From NCBI RefSeq assembly GCF_024494595.1, contig NZ_JANHDI010000008.1:145527-185526 (forward strand): a stretch of 40,000 nt of DNA. The letters are read 5' to 3'. Position 1 is the stretch's first letter, and every line of letters starts with the position of its first letter. Position numbers and translations under genes: made by a program. A model generated the notes under the pieces. That model saw only the letters and a list, made by a program, of their open reading frames with translations. It had not been told where the DNA came from and searched no databases. Shown in pieces: positions 1 to 7,121 of the stretch. This DNA is from Halobellus rarus (GTDB lineage: Archaea > Halobacteriota > Halobacteria > Halobacteriales > Haloferacaceae).

Positions 1-850
1 AAGCGAAAGCCACCCAACGACGATGCTCATCTAGAACTGTTGAGAGTGATGAACACCCACGAGTGAATACTGAACCAGACAGAGACACACATCGGTTACC
101 CAACTCTCCCACCAAGAGCGCCCCCAAAGCACACCTCGGCTGACCACTCCACGAAAGGGGAGGATCGACACACAGCCACACTCGATACACCAAGGAAACC
201 CTCGAGACTGCCAAGGGAAACTCTCAGCACAGCAGCAATCTAGTTCCACTCATCCTGACGGAACTTCCCCAAACGCTCGGGGGTGTCTCACCGGAGATGA
301 CGGGGATGGATCCGTCGACACACGAAGATGCCCATCGAAAAAAGAACTGCTCAGCAAAGACTCCAACCAGAAGATTGCTCTCGTCGTCGACGAGAGCACC
401 TCACCCACCACGAAGCCAAGTCCATCGTTCCCAAGAGCATCTGTCTCGTTAGTTCGGAGGGACTAGGAAACGGATTGCAGTACTGTTGGAAGTCTCGAGT
501 GACTGTGTTTCCTCTCAACTGGAGCAGCATCTACCACCATCGGCGGTCGAGTCGCTTCCTGGGATCGACACACGCAGTCAAAACCGCCTCTTGCTTGGCC
601 GGTGGCCTGCCACCACTTTCATTTTGTGATCCCTCTTTCGGGTGGACTCTGGCCGTGATCTCACAAGTCGCTGGCTCTGGCTTTTTTGTCTGTTGTTCTT
701 ATTATCAGTCGGAGAATCAAGGGCGTAATCGCCCCCCGTCACGGGGGAATTTCCAGTATTCGTTGCCAGTAGATTACACCCGTTACTGAAGGGTCTAACG
801 AACGGGCCTAACGACTCTGAGTTTGCCATTGGCTCACTGTTGGGAGTACT
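1..850. other. Apparently non-coding ~0.85 kb stretch, A+C-rich on the + strand, carrying short same-orientation repeat motifs
   Basis: The ORFs here (31..249-, 328..789+, 578..859-) translate to basic, Cys/Trp/Ser-rich peptides, unlike the acidic proteins elsewhere in the window. GGATC(N0-3)CGACACAC occurs at 162-177, 307-327 and 561-579. A tandem CCAAGG(G)AAAC.CTC.AG sits at 190-206 and 211-227. Confidence 0.4.
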
Positions 851-879
851 GGATAGCAACTGTGTCCCCAGAGACTACT

Positions 880-1140
880 TCATCACATTTCGAGATTGGA
901 CCCCACGATCCAGTGGTCTGTTCCCAACCGGTCCCTACGGAAGATCTCGAATCTTGCGCCCCGTTGACGTCAGTTTGGATCCGAATTCCCACCGTGGACT
1001 ACAACAATATGTGTGGCGATTGCCATCCGAAATCCGGTGTCCGGCCCTCGGTGTGAGTCAAGCGAGATCACCGGGTGAGCGGTGAACTACCCCACCCTAC
1101 CGCTCGGGCTGACGCCCTCGCGCTTGAGGGTGGGGCTTCC
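880..1140 (-). ncRNA. Candidate TnpB-associated guide RNA (omega-RNA / sotRNA-like) spanning the tnpB 3' end and downstream region
   Basis: Three structures lie here. A perfect 9-bp stem CCCCACCCT/AGGGTGGGG (1090-1098 / 1127-1135) sits inside the last tnpB codons. Hairpin 1068-1085 (TCACCG/CGGTGA) lies immediately 3' of the stop. Nested helices occupy 889-950 (TTCGAGAT/ATCTCGAA, GGACC/GGTCC, CCAC/GTGG). The position matches where omega-RNAs of characterised TnpBs are encoded. The extent is a guess. Confidence 0.35.
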
Positions 1141-2379
1141 TGTTTCCACGACGCGCTTTGCAGATACAGGCGTATCCGCAGGGAGCGCAGTCTCCACAGG
1201 CGTTAACGAATCGCTGCGCGATTCGTTCGCACACCAGAAATCTTCGATTTCTGGGGACGTTGATTCGGAGTATCCCACTCCTACGTCTTCAAGACCGCGA
1301 GAAAGGATGTTCCACGCCGCGTTCGCGTCCCTGTCCGCCTCGAACCCACACGAGGGACAGGAGTGTTCACGCACCCACAGCGGCTTCTCCGTTGAGACAC
1401 CGCACGCCGCACACTCCTTGGTCGTCCCACTCGGGTCAACCGCGACCAAGAGCGTTCCTTCGCGCTCGCACTTGTATTTGAGCATCCGAAGGAATGTCCC
1501 CCACGCCGCTCCCGCCCGGTTACGAGAGTTGCCCGGCAGTTCGACCAAGCCCTTCGCATCCAAGTCTTCAACGGCCACCAAATCGTACTCGCGGGCGTAG
1601 TGGTTCGAGAGCTTGTGGAGGAAGTCTCGCCGCTTCCGCTTCAGGTCAGCGTGACGCTCGGCCACGACTTGGCGTTGTTTTTCCCAATTCGCAGAGCCGT
1701 GTTCCTTCCGCGAGAGGTCGCGTTGTGCGCGTTCGAGTCGCTCACGTTCCTCGCTGAAGTCGGGACTCTCAATGGTGTACCCATCGGTGTCGTGGGCGTA
1801 CTTGAGAATCCCCACGTCGATACCGACGACCCTCTCGGGGTTCTCTGGTTTTTCGGGCGTGTCTTCGTCCACGTCGATGCCGAACGTGGCATACCACTCC
1901 CCTGTCGGTTCCTGCTTGACCGTGACCTGTTTGATGGTCGCGTTCTCGGGAATCTCTCGGTGGAGGTGAATCGGTATCTCACCGATTTTGCTCAACCACA
2001 ACACGGGCCGACCACTCGTATTCTTGAGTTTGAAGCCGGACTGGTTGTAGGTGAGTGACCGATACTCCCGAGGAGGCTTCCACTTGAGCATTCCTACGGC
2101 GCGTCCGGTCTCTTTCTGTGCTTTGAGCGTGGAGAGGTTGTCGTAGACGCGCTTGACGACCATCTGGAGGACTTTCGAGTGAACACCTCTGAGGTCATCC
2201 CACCACGTTTTGAGGTCGGGAAGCCGTCCCTGCACCTCGTAGCGGGCGGGGATGTCGTCTGCCTCGTTGAGCAGGTAGAGGACGTGGTTGTACAGTTGCC
2301 TACAAGTATCGACGTGGTGCAGAAGCGTCTCAGTGATGTCTTCTGGCGTGTTGAGTCGATACTTGTAGTTGTATTGCAT
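1087..2379 (-). CDS. tnpB: TnpB / IS200-IS605-family OrfB (IS1341-type) RNA-guided endonuclease-like protein
   Basis: 430 aa. RuvC-like motifs are VVGIDVGI (D), LVAVEDLD (E) and EADRDANAAWNI (D). The Zn finger is CAACG...x..CPSCG. The N-terminus MQYNYKYRL... is typical of haloarchaeal OrfB. Confidence 0.9.
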   Translation of the reverse strand: MQYNYKYRLNTPEDITETLLHHVDTCRQLYNHVLYLLNEADDIPARYEVQGRLPDLKTWWDDLRGVHSKVLQMVVKRVYDNLSTLKAQKETGRAVGMLKWKPPREYRSLTYNQSGFKLKNTSGRPVLWLSKIGEIPIHLHREIPENATIKQVTVKQEPTGEWYATFGIDVDEDTPEKPENPERVVGIDVGILKYAHDTDGYTIESPDFSEERERLERAQRDLSRKEHGSANWEKQRQVVAERHADLKRKRRDFLHKLSNHYAREYDLVAVEDLDAKGLVELPGNSRNRAGAAWGTFLRMLKYKCEREGTLLVAVDPSGTTKECAACGVSTEKPLWVREHSCPSCGFEADRDANAAWNILSRGLEDVGVGYSESTSPEIEDFWCANESRSDSLTPVETALPADTPVSAKRVVETGSPTLKREGVSPSGRVG

Positions 2380-2383
2380 AGAC

Positions 2384-2530
2384 CTATTCGTTTGAGTCGG
2401 GTTCGGAGACTCGCACGACTTTTACGTCGGCTCCGCGCCAGCGTTTGGGAACGATGACGTGGGCACTGTTCCCCGACGGTTTTGCGGTTCCGTCGAGGAC
2501 TTCTTCGCCTTCGATTTCAAACCTATCCAT
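2384..2530 (-). CDS. Small transposon-associated protein, DUF2080-like (AbrB/SpoVT-like beta motif); below the ORF-track size cutoff
   Basis: Hand translation gives MDRFEIEGEEVLDGTAKPSGNSAHVIVPKRWRGADVKVVRVSEPDSNE (48 aa). ATG is at 2530 and the TAG stop at 2384-2386, only 4 nt before the tnpB ATG (2379). As I recall, this small family is typically found just upstream of haloarchaeal tnpB genes. Confidence 0.7.
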   Translation of the reverse strand: MDRFEIEGEEVLDGTAKPSGNSAHVIVPKRWRGADVKVVRVSEPDSNE

Positions 2531-2656
2531 CACCGATGTATAGACTATGGATAGACATAAAGGTAGCGGTGGGCCTGTGAGTCGAGCGGTGAACGTGTTT
2601 GAGAACCGTGCGGCGCTGTATCCCCTCCCTACTGCGCTACTCGGTCGCTTCGCTCC

Positions 2657-2687
<31 letters not shown>

Positions 2688-2699
2688 GCCTAATTTCAG

Positions 2700-3083
2700 C
2701 TAACGATCCTCATCAGGATCGAAGTATCGCTCTCCTCGTGGTGTGGCCCCCTCGTCGCCAAAGCGGTCTTCGGCTTCCTCCCGTGTGAGTCGGGGGCCCG
2801 TATACGGCCGCTCTGTGAATTGATTCCAGTAGTTGCGTGAGTCCAGTGGAAGTTGTCGATGCCATTTTCGATATGGTGGCGTATCCGATCGGTGAATGTG
2901 GATATGACAACTCTGACAGACAGGAATCACGTTTTCGATGCGATTATCCGAATCATCCCCGTTCACGTGATGCGTCGAGAGTCCCTGGCGGCGGTCATAG
3001 CCATCCGATGGCGAGCGACCGCAGAGCAGACACGTGTTGCCGTATTCGTCGATGACTTTCTATCGGAAGCTTCGATCGGTCAT
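2700..3083 (-). pseudogene. HNH endonuclease interrupted by an in-frame TAG after codon 7
   Basis: The minus-strand reading is ATG(3083) MTDRSFR-TAG(3060-3062)-KVIDEYGNTCLLCGRSPSDGYDRRQGLSTHHVNGDDSDNRIENVIPVCQSCHIHIH... The listed 88-aa ORF (2700..2966) lacks the first Cys pair and the HH of the HNH motif. No ATG/GTG/TTG lies between the TAG and the first Cys pair. Confidence 0.7.
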
Positions 3084-3218
3084 CAATCGAATGAGGGACG
3101 CTGTAGAATTATTTGCACTTTCTGCAAGCTAGCGCTGTCCAGCGGTTCTTCGCAGATGTGTGGACAGAGCTCGGTGCGGACTGGTTTGTATCCCCCGATG
3201 GAGGTGAGGGCTGGGTGA

Positions 3219-3548
3219 ATGCTCAGCCTGCCAGCTATGAATTCCCCACGAGACACATCCACGTTCGTCGTGGATCTCGAACAGTTGTATCGCCTTTTTG
3301 ATCATCACAACAGTCACTGTGATACCCACGAAAGCACCGGAGCAGCACAACCATTCAGTCTGGAGCTTCGTTTCACGCTCCAGCGAGGCCCACGTCGTCG
3401 GTATCGGTTCGAGCCACGATATACGGGGCCTGGCTGGTGGCGCTTCGAGGACAAATGGACGGGCTGTCAGTGGCGGCCCGTCGGCCGCGAAGTGCTCGAG
3501 AATATCGAACTCCGAGTGACGAGACGAGAGGCCAGTTCCGATGAGTGA
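3219..3548 (+). CDS. Hypothetical protein (Trp/Arg-rich C-terminal half: GPGWWRFEDKWTGCQWRPVGRE)
   Basis: 109-aa ORF whose stop overlaps the next gene's ATG by 8 nt (ccgATGAGTGA). No family was recognised. The start could instead be the internal Met at 3237. Confidence 0.45.
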   Translation: MLSLPAMNSPRDTSTFVVDLEQLYRLFDHHNSHCDTHESTGAAQPFSLELRFTLQRGPRRRYRFEPRYTGPGWWRFEDKWTGCQWRPVGREVLENIELRVTRREASSDE

Positions 3549-3948
3549 AGAGCCATACGACGGACCCGGTAGCCCAGAGGATCTCCCGCTGTACCGCGAA
3601 AACGACATCTTCCATCTACTCAGCCAGCATCGCAAGCGTGCGGTCATCCTCACACTCGCGATGGCTCCCTGGAGTCGGGTGCACCTCCAACAACTCGCCG
3701 AAGTGGTGAGTCTGCTGGAAGCGGACGGCGAACGTAGTACAGTCCCGACGCGGCAGGTGACAAACACCCGGACGAACCTCAAACGATCACATCTATCCGC
3801 ACTCATCGAGGCTGGCATCGTCAAGTGGGCGCCCGATGAATCGGATGTCCTCGTTCCTGGGCCGGGATTCAGTAGTGCGGTCCAGACGCTCCGCGCTGGT
3901 GGGTATGCACTCGCTCAGTCGCCACCTGATCTGTCTGAAGGTAACTGA
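3541..3948 (+). CDS. Winged-helix DNA-binding protein (haloarchaeal ArsR-like / DUF7344-like N-terminal wHTH)
   Basis: 135 aa. The motif NDIFHLLSQHRKRAVILTL...LQQLAEVV...TNLKRSHLSALIEAGIV resembles the F.LLSN.RRR..L wHTH signature common in haloarchaea. Confidence 0.6.
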   Translation: MSEEPYDGPGSPEDLPLYRENDIFHLLSQHRKRAVILTLAMAPWSRVHLQQLAEVVSLLEADGERSTVPTRQVTNTRTNLKRSHLSALIEAGIVKWAPDESDVLVPGPGFSSAVQTLRAGGYALAQSPPDLSEGN

Positions 3949-3974
3949 ACGCTCCGCTGGAGTTCGGCGTCTTC

Positions 3975-4672
3975 GGGGGGCATTGTTCAGATTAGCTGAT
4001 TGAGGCAGACGGCGAATGCTTGGAGCCACGCTTCTGCAGTGTTCGGATCAGCGTGTCTGAAGTGATTTGCAAACGCCTCAGTTTGGCGTTTCAGCTCTTT
4101 AAACACGCGTTCGACGGCATTCCGATTCCCGTGGATGATCTGTTGGAATCGGAGCGAGTGGCGATGGCAGGCCGCCTGCAGCCAGGGGGCGTCATCGAAC
4201 AGGAAGATTGCGTCGTCGAGGAGATGTTTCTCGCGGAGTTCCGTGAGTAACTCTCAGTCAGCGCTTGAGTTCTGGTCGGGAAGAGTCGTACCTGCAGCAG
4301 GTGGTTCCTATCGGGGTCGACCGCCGCAAACAGCCAGTAGCGCTGGTTATTCACTCGATTGCGGTCTCATTAATCGTCACGTAATTCGGATTGTAACCCT
4401 CAGTTGGCTGTAGATCGGCTTTCTGAACCAGTTGGGAACGGTGGAGCGACACCGTTCGACACCCAGGCCAGCGAGGATTGAGGCGGTATCCGCCAGCGAC
4501 AATCCCACTAAATGCAGTTATTTACCGAGCCTCATCGCCGGCTTGGGTGTCGCTTCTCGCTCCACAAACTCTAACTCCGGAAAGTCGCTACATTCGATGA
4601 GGCGGCTAGTTTCTGGCATAGGCACCAACGAACTACGACTGCCTCACTCTTCGATGTTATCTGAACAGTGCC
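3975..4672 (-). mobile_element. Decayed IS6-family insertion sequence
   Basis: It contains the degraded transposase listed below. Its end sequences (minus strand GGCACTGTTCAG... at ~4661-4672, and ...AACAATGCCCCCC at ~3975-3990) resemble the IRs of the intact copy at 7905-8619. Confidence 0.55.
3987..4619 (-). pseudogene. IS6-family transposase pseudogene (multiple stops and frameshifts)
   Basis: Hand translation gives MPETSRLIECSDFPELEFVEREATPKPAMRLGK*LHLVGLSLADTASILAGLGVERC..., then QRYWLFAAVDPDRNHLLQVRLFPTRTQALTE, then a frameshift to LREKHLLDDAIFLFDDAPWLQAACHRHSLRFQQIIHGNRNAVERVFKELKRQTEAFANHF.... It is collinear with the intact 211-aa transposase at 7975..8610. Confidence 0.8.
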
Positions 4673-4685
4673 TGCTGCGTTTGTG

Positions 4686-5675
4686 ATGCAGCCAGAGCCA
4701 GACCCAGCCGAGCCGGATCGCACCACTCGAAACGTCACGCTTGATCTTGGGACACAACCGGAGTACATCCTTGCCCAGATGAATGAGGGCGATACCTACG
4801 CTGCGTCCCAAGAAACAAACCTCACGATCACGGATCTTTACGTCACGCCGCGGGATGGTGACCCCCGTGTCTTCGTTCGTGTACAACTTTCGGGACCGGA
4901 GACAGCGGAGACCCTGTCGTATCAGGACGCACCCCCACGATTAGGGCGGAATTTGGATATTGTCACTGAGCAATATCAGGTGTCGGGGACGATCCGAGCT
5001 GTCGGCGGCACAACGACACTACAGACATCACAAACGGAAGTTGTCGTTGAAAGATCGATTCCGACAGCCGACGTCGAAGCACTTGCGGTCGGCGATGAAC
5101 TGCGAGTCGCCGGCCGGACTGTCGGCACCGTCGAGTCAGTGACCGCCTATGGGACAGACAACCCGGATCAGACACGCGTGCTGGTCGGCCTTTCGCTCTC
5201 GACACTCGAACTGGCGGGTGAGCGACCACAGTTCGGTGGACAAGCGCTCCACACGGGAGCGATACTCCCGATTCGGACGACAACATCGCAGTTCCAGGGA
5301 CAGGTCTCGGCTGTTGGGAGGACAGAACCGCCGGGCACGCCCACAACAACGGTGACCCTCCAGCTGCGGGATGTGCCGCCGGACCTCGCCAGCAGTATCC
5401 GCCCGGGAATGACTGAGACACCAACTGATGAGACAGTAGCCCGAATTACTGCAGTCGAGCGAAGCGCGTCGACTGTGGTACTCACAAGCCAGGATGGGCA
5501 GATCTACGAACGAGAGCACCCAGTCAATCAGGAGCTGCTGCTAACAGCGGAGCTTCGGGTCCGAGACACGGCCACTGGAACAACGTTCAAAGGGCACACA
5601 CTCCAGCAGGGCAGTACTGTCGTCTTGGATCTAGGAAGTACCACAATCGAGGCGACTGTCGTCGGGCGTTCGTGA
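4686..5675 (+). CDS. Hypothetical Thr/Val-rich beta-type protein; start abuts the decayed IS end, so possibly 5'-truncated
   Basis: Long ORF (track 4668..5675 with a GTG start inside the IS terminal repeat; the first ATG is at 4686). It is acidic and has a repeated V..V..V beta-strand-like pattern. No signal peptide or TM segment is seen. Confidence 0.55.
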   Translation: MQPEPDPAEPDRTTRNVTLDLGTQPEYILAQMNEGDTYAASQETNLTITDLYVTPRDGDPRVFVRVQLSGPETAETLSYQDAPPRLGRNLDIVTEQYQVSGTIRAVGGTTTLQTSQTEVVVERSIPTADVEALAVGDELRVAGRTVGTVESVTAYGTDNPDQTRVLVGLSLSTLELAGERPQFGGQALHTGAILPIRTTTSQFQGQVSAVGRTEPPGTPTTTVTLQLRDVPPDLASSIRPGMTETPTDETVARITAVERSASTVVLTSQDGQIYEREHPVNQELLLTAELRVRDTATGTTFKGHTLQQGSTVVLDLGSTTIEATVVGRS

Positions 5676-6178
5676 TGACTCAGCCTTCCGAACCGGACAC
5701 CGAACCGACGCCACTCAACTCGTGGCGTCAGCGCATACTCCACGGGTCGGTACTCGTCAGTCTCGTTAGGGGGGCTTCAGCGGGCCGTCTTGGAAACACA
5801 CTCCGAACAGCCGAAGACACGCTCAGAAGAGTCGTCACGAATTCGTTCGCGTACCGGTGGCTCACCAAAGAGCCGGATCCAGAGGACATCGTCATCGATC
5901 TGCGAGAGACGTGGACTGTCGGCCCGTTCATCAGAGTGCTGGATCGACTCCTTGAGGGGGTACAGCCATACTGGCAAGCCTCGACTCTCAAACAGGTGCT
6001 TGATCGAGTCGGAGGGGTCGGTTCGCGTGTCGCTGACACACGGCTTGGACAGCTACTTGTGAGCCTACTTGAACCACCAGAGCCGCCTGCAGAACGGTCT
6101 GACTCACCTCAATGCGGAGGTAAAGACGAAGATACCAAGAATCAGGCTGCGAATACGGACGAACCGAAGCAGCAATAG
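5672..6178 (+). CDS. Hypothetical protein, translationally coupled to the upstream ORF
   Basis: 168 aa. An ATGA start/stop overlap links it to the 4686..5675 ORF. It has an acidic tail. No family was recognised. Confidence 0.5.
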   Translation: MMTQPSEPDTEPTPLNSWRQRILHGSVLVSLVRGASAGRLGNTLRTAEDTLRRVVTNSFAYRWLTKEPDPEDIVIDLRETWTVGPFIRVLDRLLEGVQPYWQASTLKQVLDRVGGVGSRVADTRLGQLLVSLLEPPEPPAERSDSPQCGGKDEDTKNQAANTDEPKQQ

Positions 6179-6681
6179 GTCACTATCTTACTCGAGGATC
6201 AGTACTCAACGACTGGAGTCGTGGGCATCTACCTTGACTTCTATGACAAGAGTGCTATGATCTTTCGCTGGATCTCGACGACTTCCTCACCGTCTTCGAG
6301 CGTGTCGACGACGCTATCTTGGAGTTCTTCAGGGATCTGGACTCCGTGAGTGACAATGTGGCACTGACCCCGGGAGTAGCGCACTACAACATCGTCGAAG
6401 TCTGCGGCGCCTCTGAGAAGAGTAGAAGGTGCTTCTACGCACCTTCTCCCGCCGAATATCCAATCTCGCTGACGCTGGCTTGTTGGGTCTGGTCGATGAA
6501 GGCCAACGCCTCTATCAGATACGCCGAAAGGGGGTCGAGTATCTCGCTGGAAACCTGGAGGCCTCGGACCTCGAACTCAACGACTGACGGAGGGAGTTCC
6601 TCGCGGGCGACGTCGACGCGGACGACCTGCCGGAACCATAGCGACAGAACGCTTATCCCGAACTGCCTGCTATCGTGAGGT

Positions 6682-6885
6682 ATGAGCACGGGCCGGGAGA
6701 TTCGCCTGATCGAGGAAGACAAAGGAGGCTGGTCAGCGATCGACGAAGAGTTGAACGTTGCCAGCCAGGGCGAGACACGCGAGGAGGCGCTCGCGAACCT
6801 CGATGAGGCGGTCGAACTGACGGAGGATGCCCGCGAGGCCGACACGGACGCGCCGGAGCCGAATGCTCCTTGGTTCGAGGGATGA
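6682..6885 (+). CDS. hicB: HicB-family antitoxin (type II TA)
   Basis: 67 aa. The sequence ...GGWSAIDEELNVASQGETREEALANLDEAVELTED... matches the HicB/UPF0150 core pattern (G.W.A......V.SQGET.EEAL.NL.EA). Confidence 0.75.
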   Translation: MSTGREIRLIEEDKGGWSAIDEELNVASQGETREEALANLDEAVELTEDAREADTDAPEPNAPWFEG

Positions 6886-7121
6886 ACGGCCCACCGCGAG
6901 ACTTCTCCGGTCGGGCGATCGTCAGCGTCCTGACCTTCTTCAACTACCGCAAGGACCGCCAGCACGGAAGCCACTCGATCCTGAAGTACACGCACCCCGA
7001 CACGGGCAATAATGAGCTTAAAGAACCAGTACGCCACCGACGACCGCAAGCGTACCGAGGCCAAGACAGACGCCCCAGAATGGGACCCGTTCGACAACTC
7101 GCATCAGCGCATCGATCGTGA
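6882..7121 (+). pseudogene. hicA: HicA-family toxin, apparently 3'-truncated; the ORF tail runs antisense into uppP
   Basis: An ATGA overlap links it to hicB. The N-terminal part MNGPPRDFSGRAIVSVLTFFNYRKDRQHGSHSILKYTHPDTG fits HicA (F.G.E....L......R..GSH....HP). After ~7010 the sequence becomes Arg-rich and lies antisense to uppP. The usual TVP.H / LK.GTL C-terminal part is missing. Confidence 0.55.

Larger units (their letters stand above)
1040..2600 (-). mobile_element. Non-autonomous IS200/IS605-family (IS1341-group) element: DUF2080-like ORF + tnpB, no tnpA; ends uncertain
   Basis: The gene content supports the call. Same-orientation shared blocks TGTGAGTC+GAGCGGTGAAC occur at 2576-2594 and, split by a 17-nt insert, at 1052-1059 and 1077-1087. 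The true ends could lie as far out as ~880 and ~2690. Confidence 0.55.

Noticed and set aside
150-230. Possible replication-origin ORB elements (GGAAAC-containing repeats and G-runs).
   Set aside because: The resemblance to haloarchaeal ORB/mini-ORB consensus is weak. No long AT-rich unwinding element or adjacent orc1/cdc6 gene is visible in the window. I kept it only as 'iteron-like repeats'.
328-789. 153-aa ORF (and 31..249-, 578..859-) in the leftmost kilobase.
   Set aside because: The peptides are basic and Cys/Trp/Ser-rich, quite unlike haloarchaeal proteins. I treat the region as non-coding.
3060-3062. In-frame TAG in the HNH gene read as pyrrolysine or programmed readthrough.
   Set aside because: No pyl genes are in the window, and pyrrolysine decoding is not known in Halobacteria. 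A nonsense mutation or sequencing error is the simpler explanation.
6180-6680. Possible remnant genes on the minus strand: a 47-codon GTG ORF at 6241..6384 (..IVTHGVQIPEELQDSVVDTLEDGEEVVEIQ.., vaguely AbrB/RHH-like) and the C-terminal part of ORF 6435..7097.
   Set aside because: The ORFs are short, bounded by stops, lack a convincing motif and have no proper start context. There is not enough evidence to call a gene or pseudogene.
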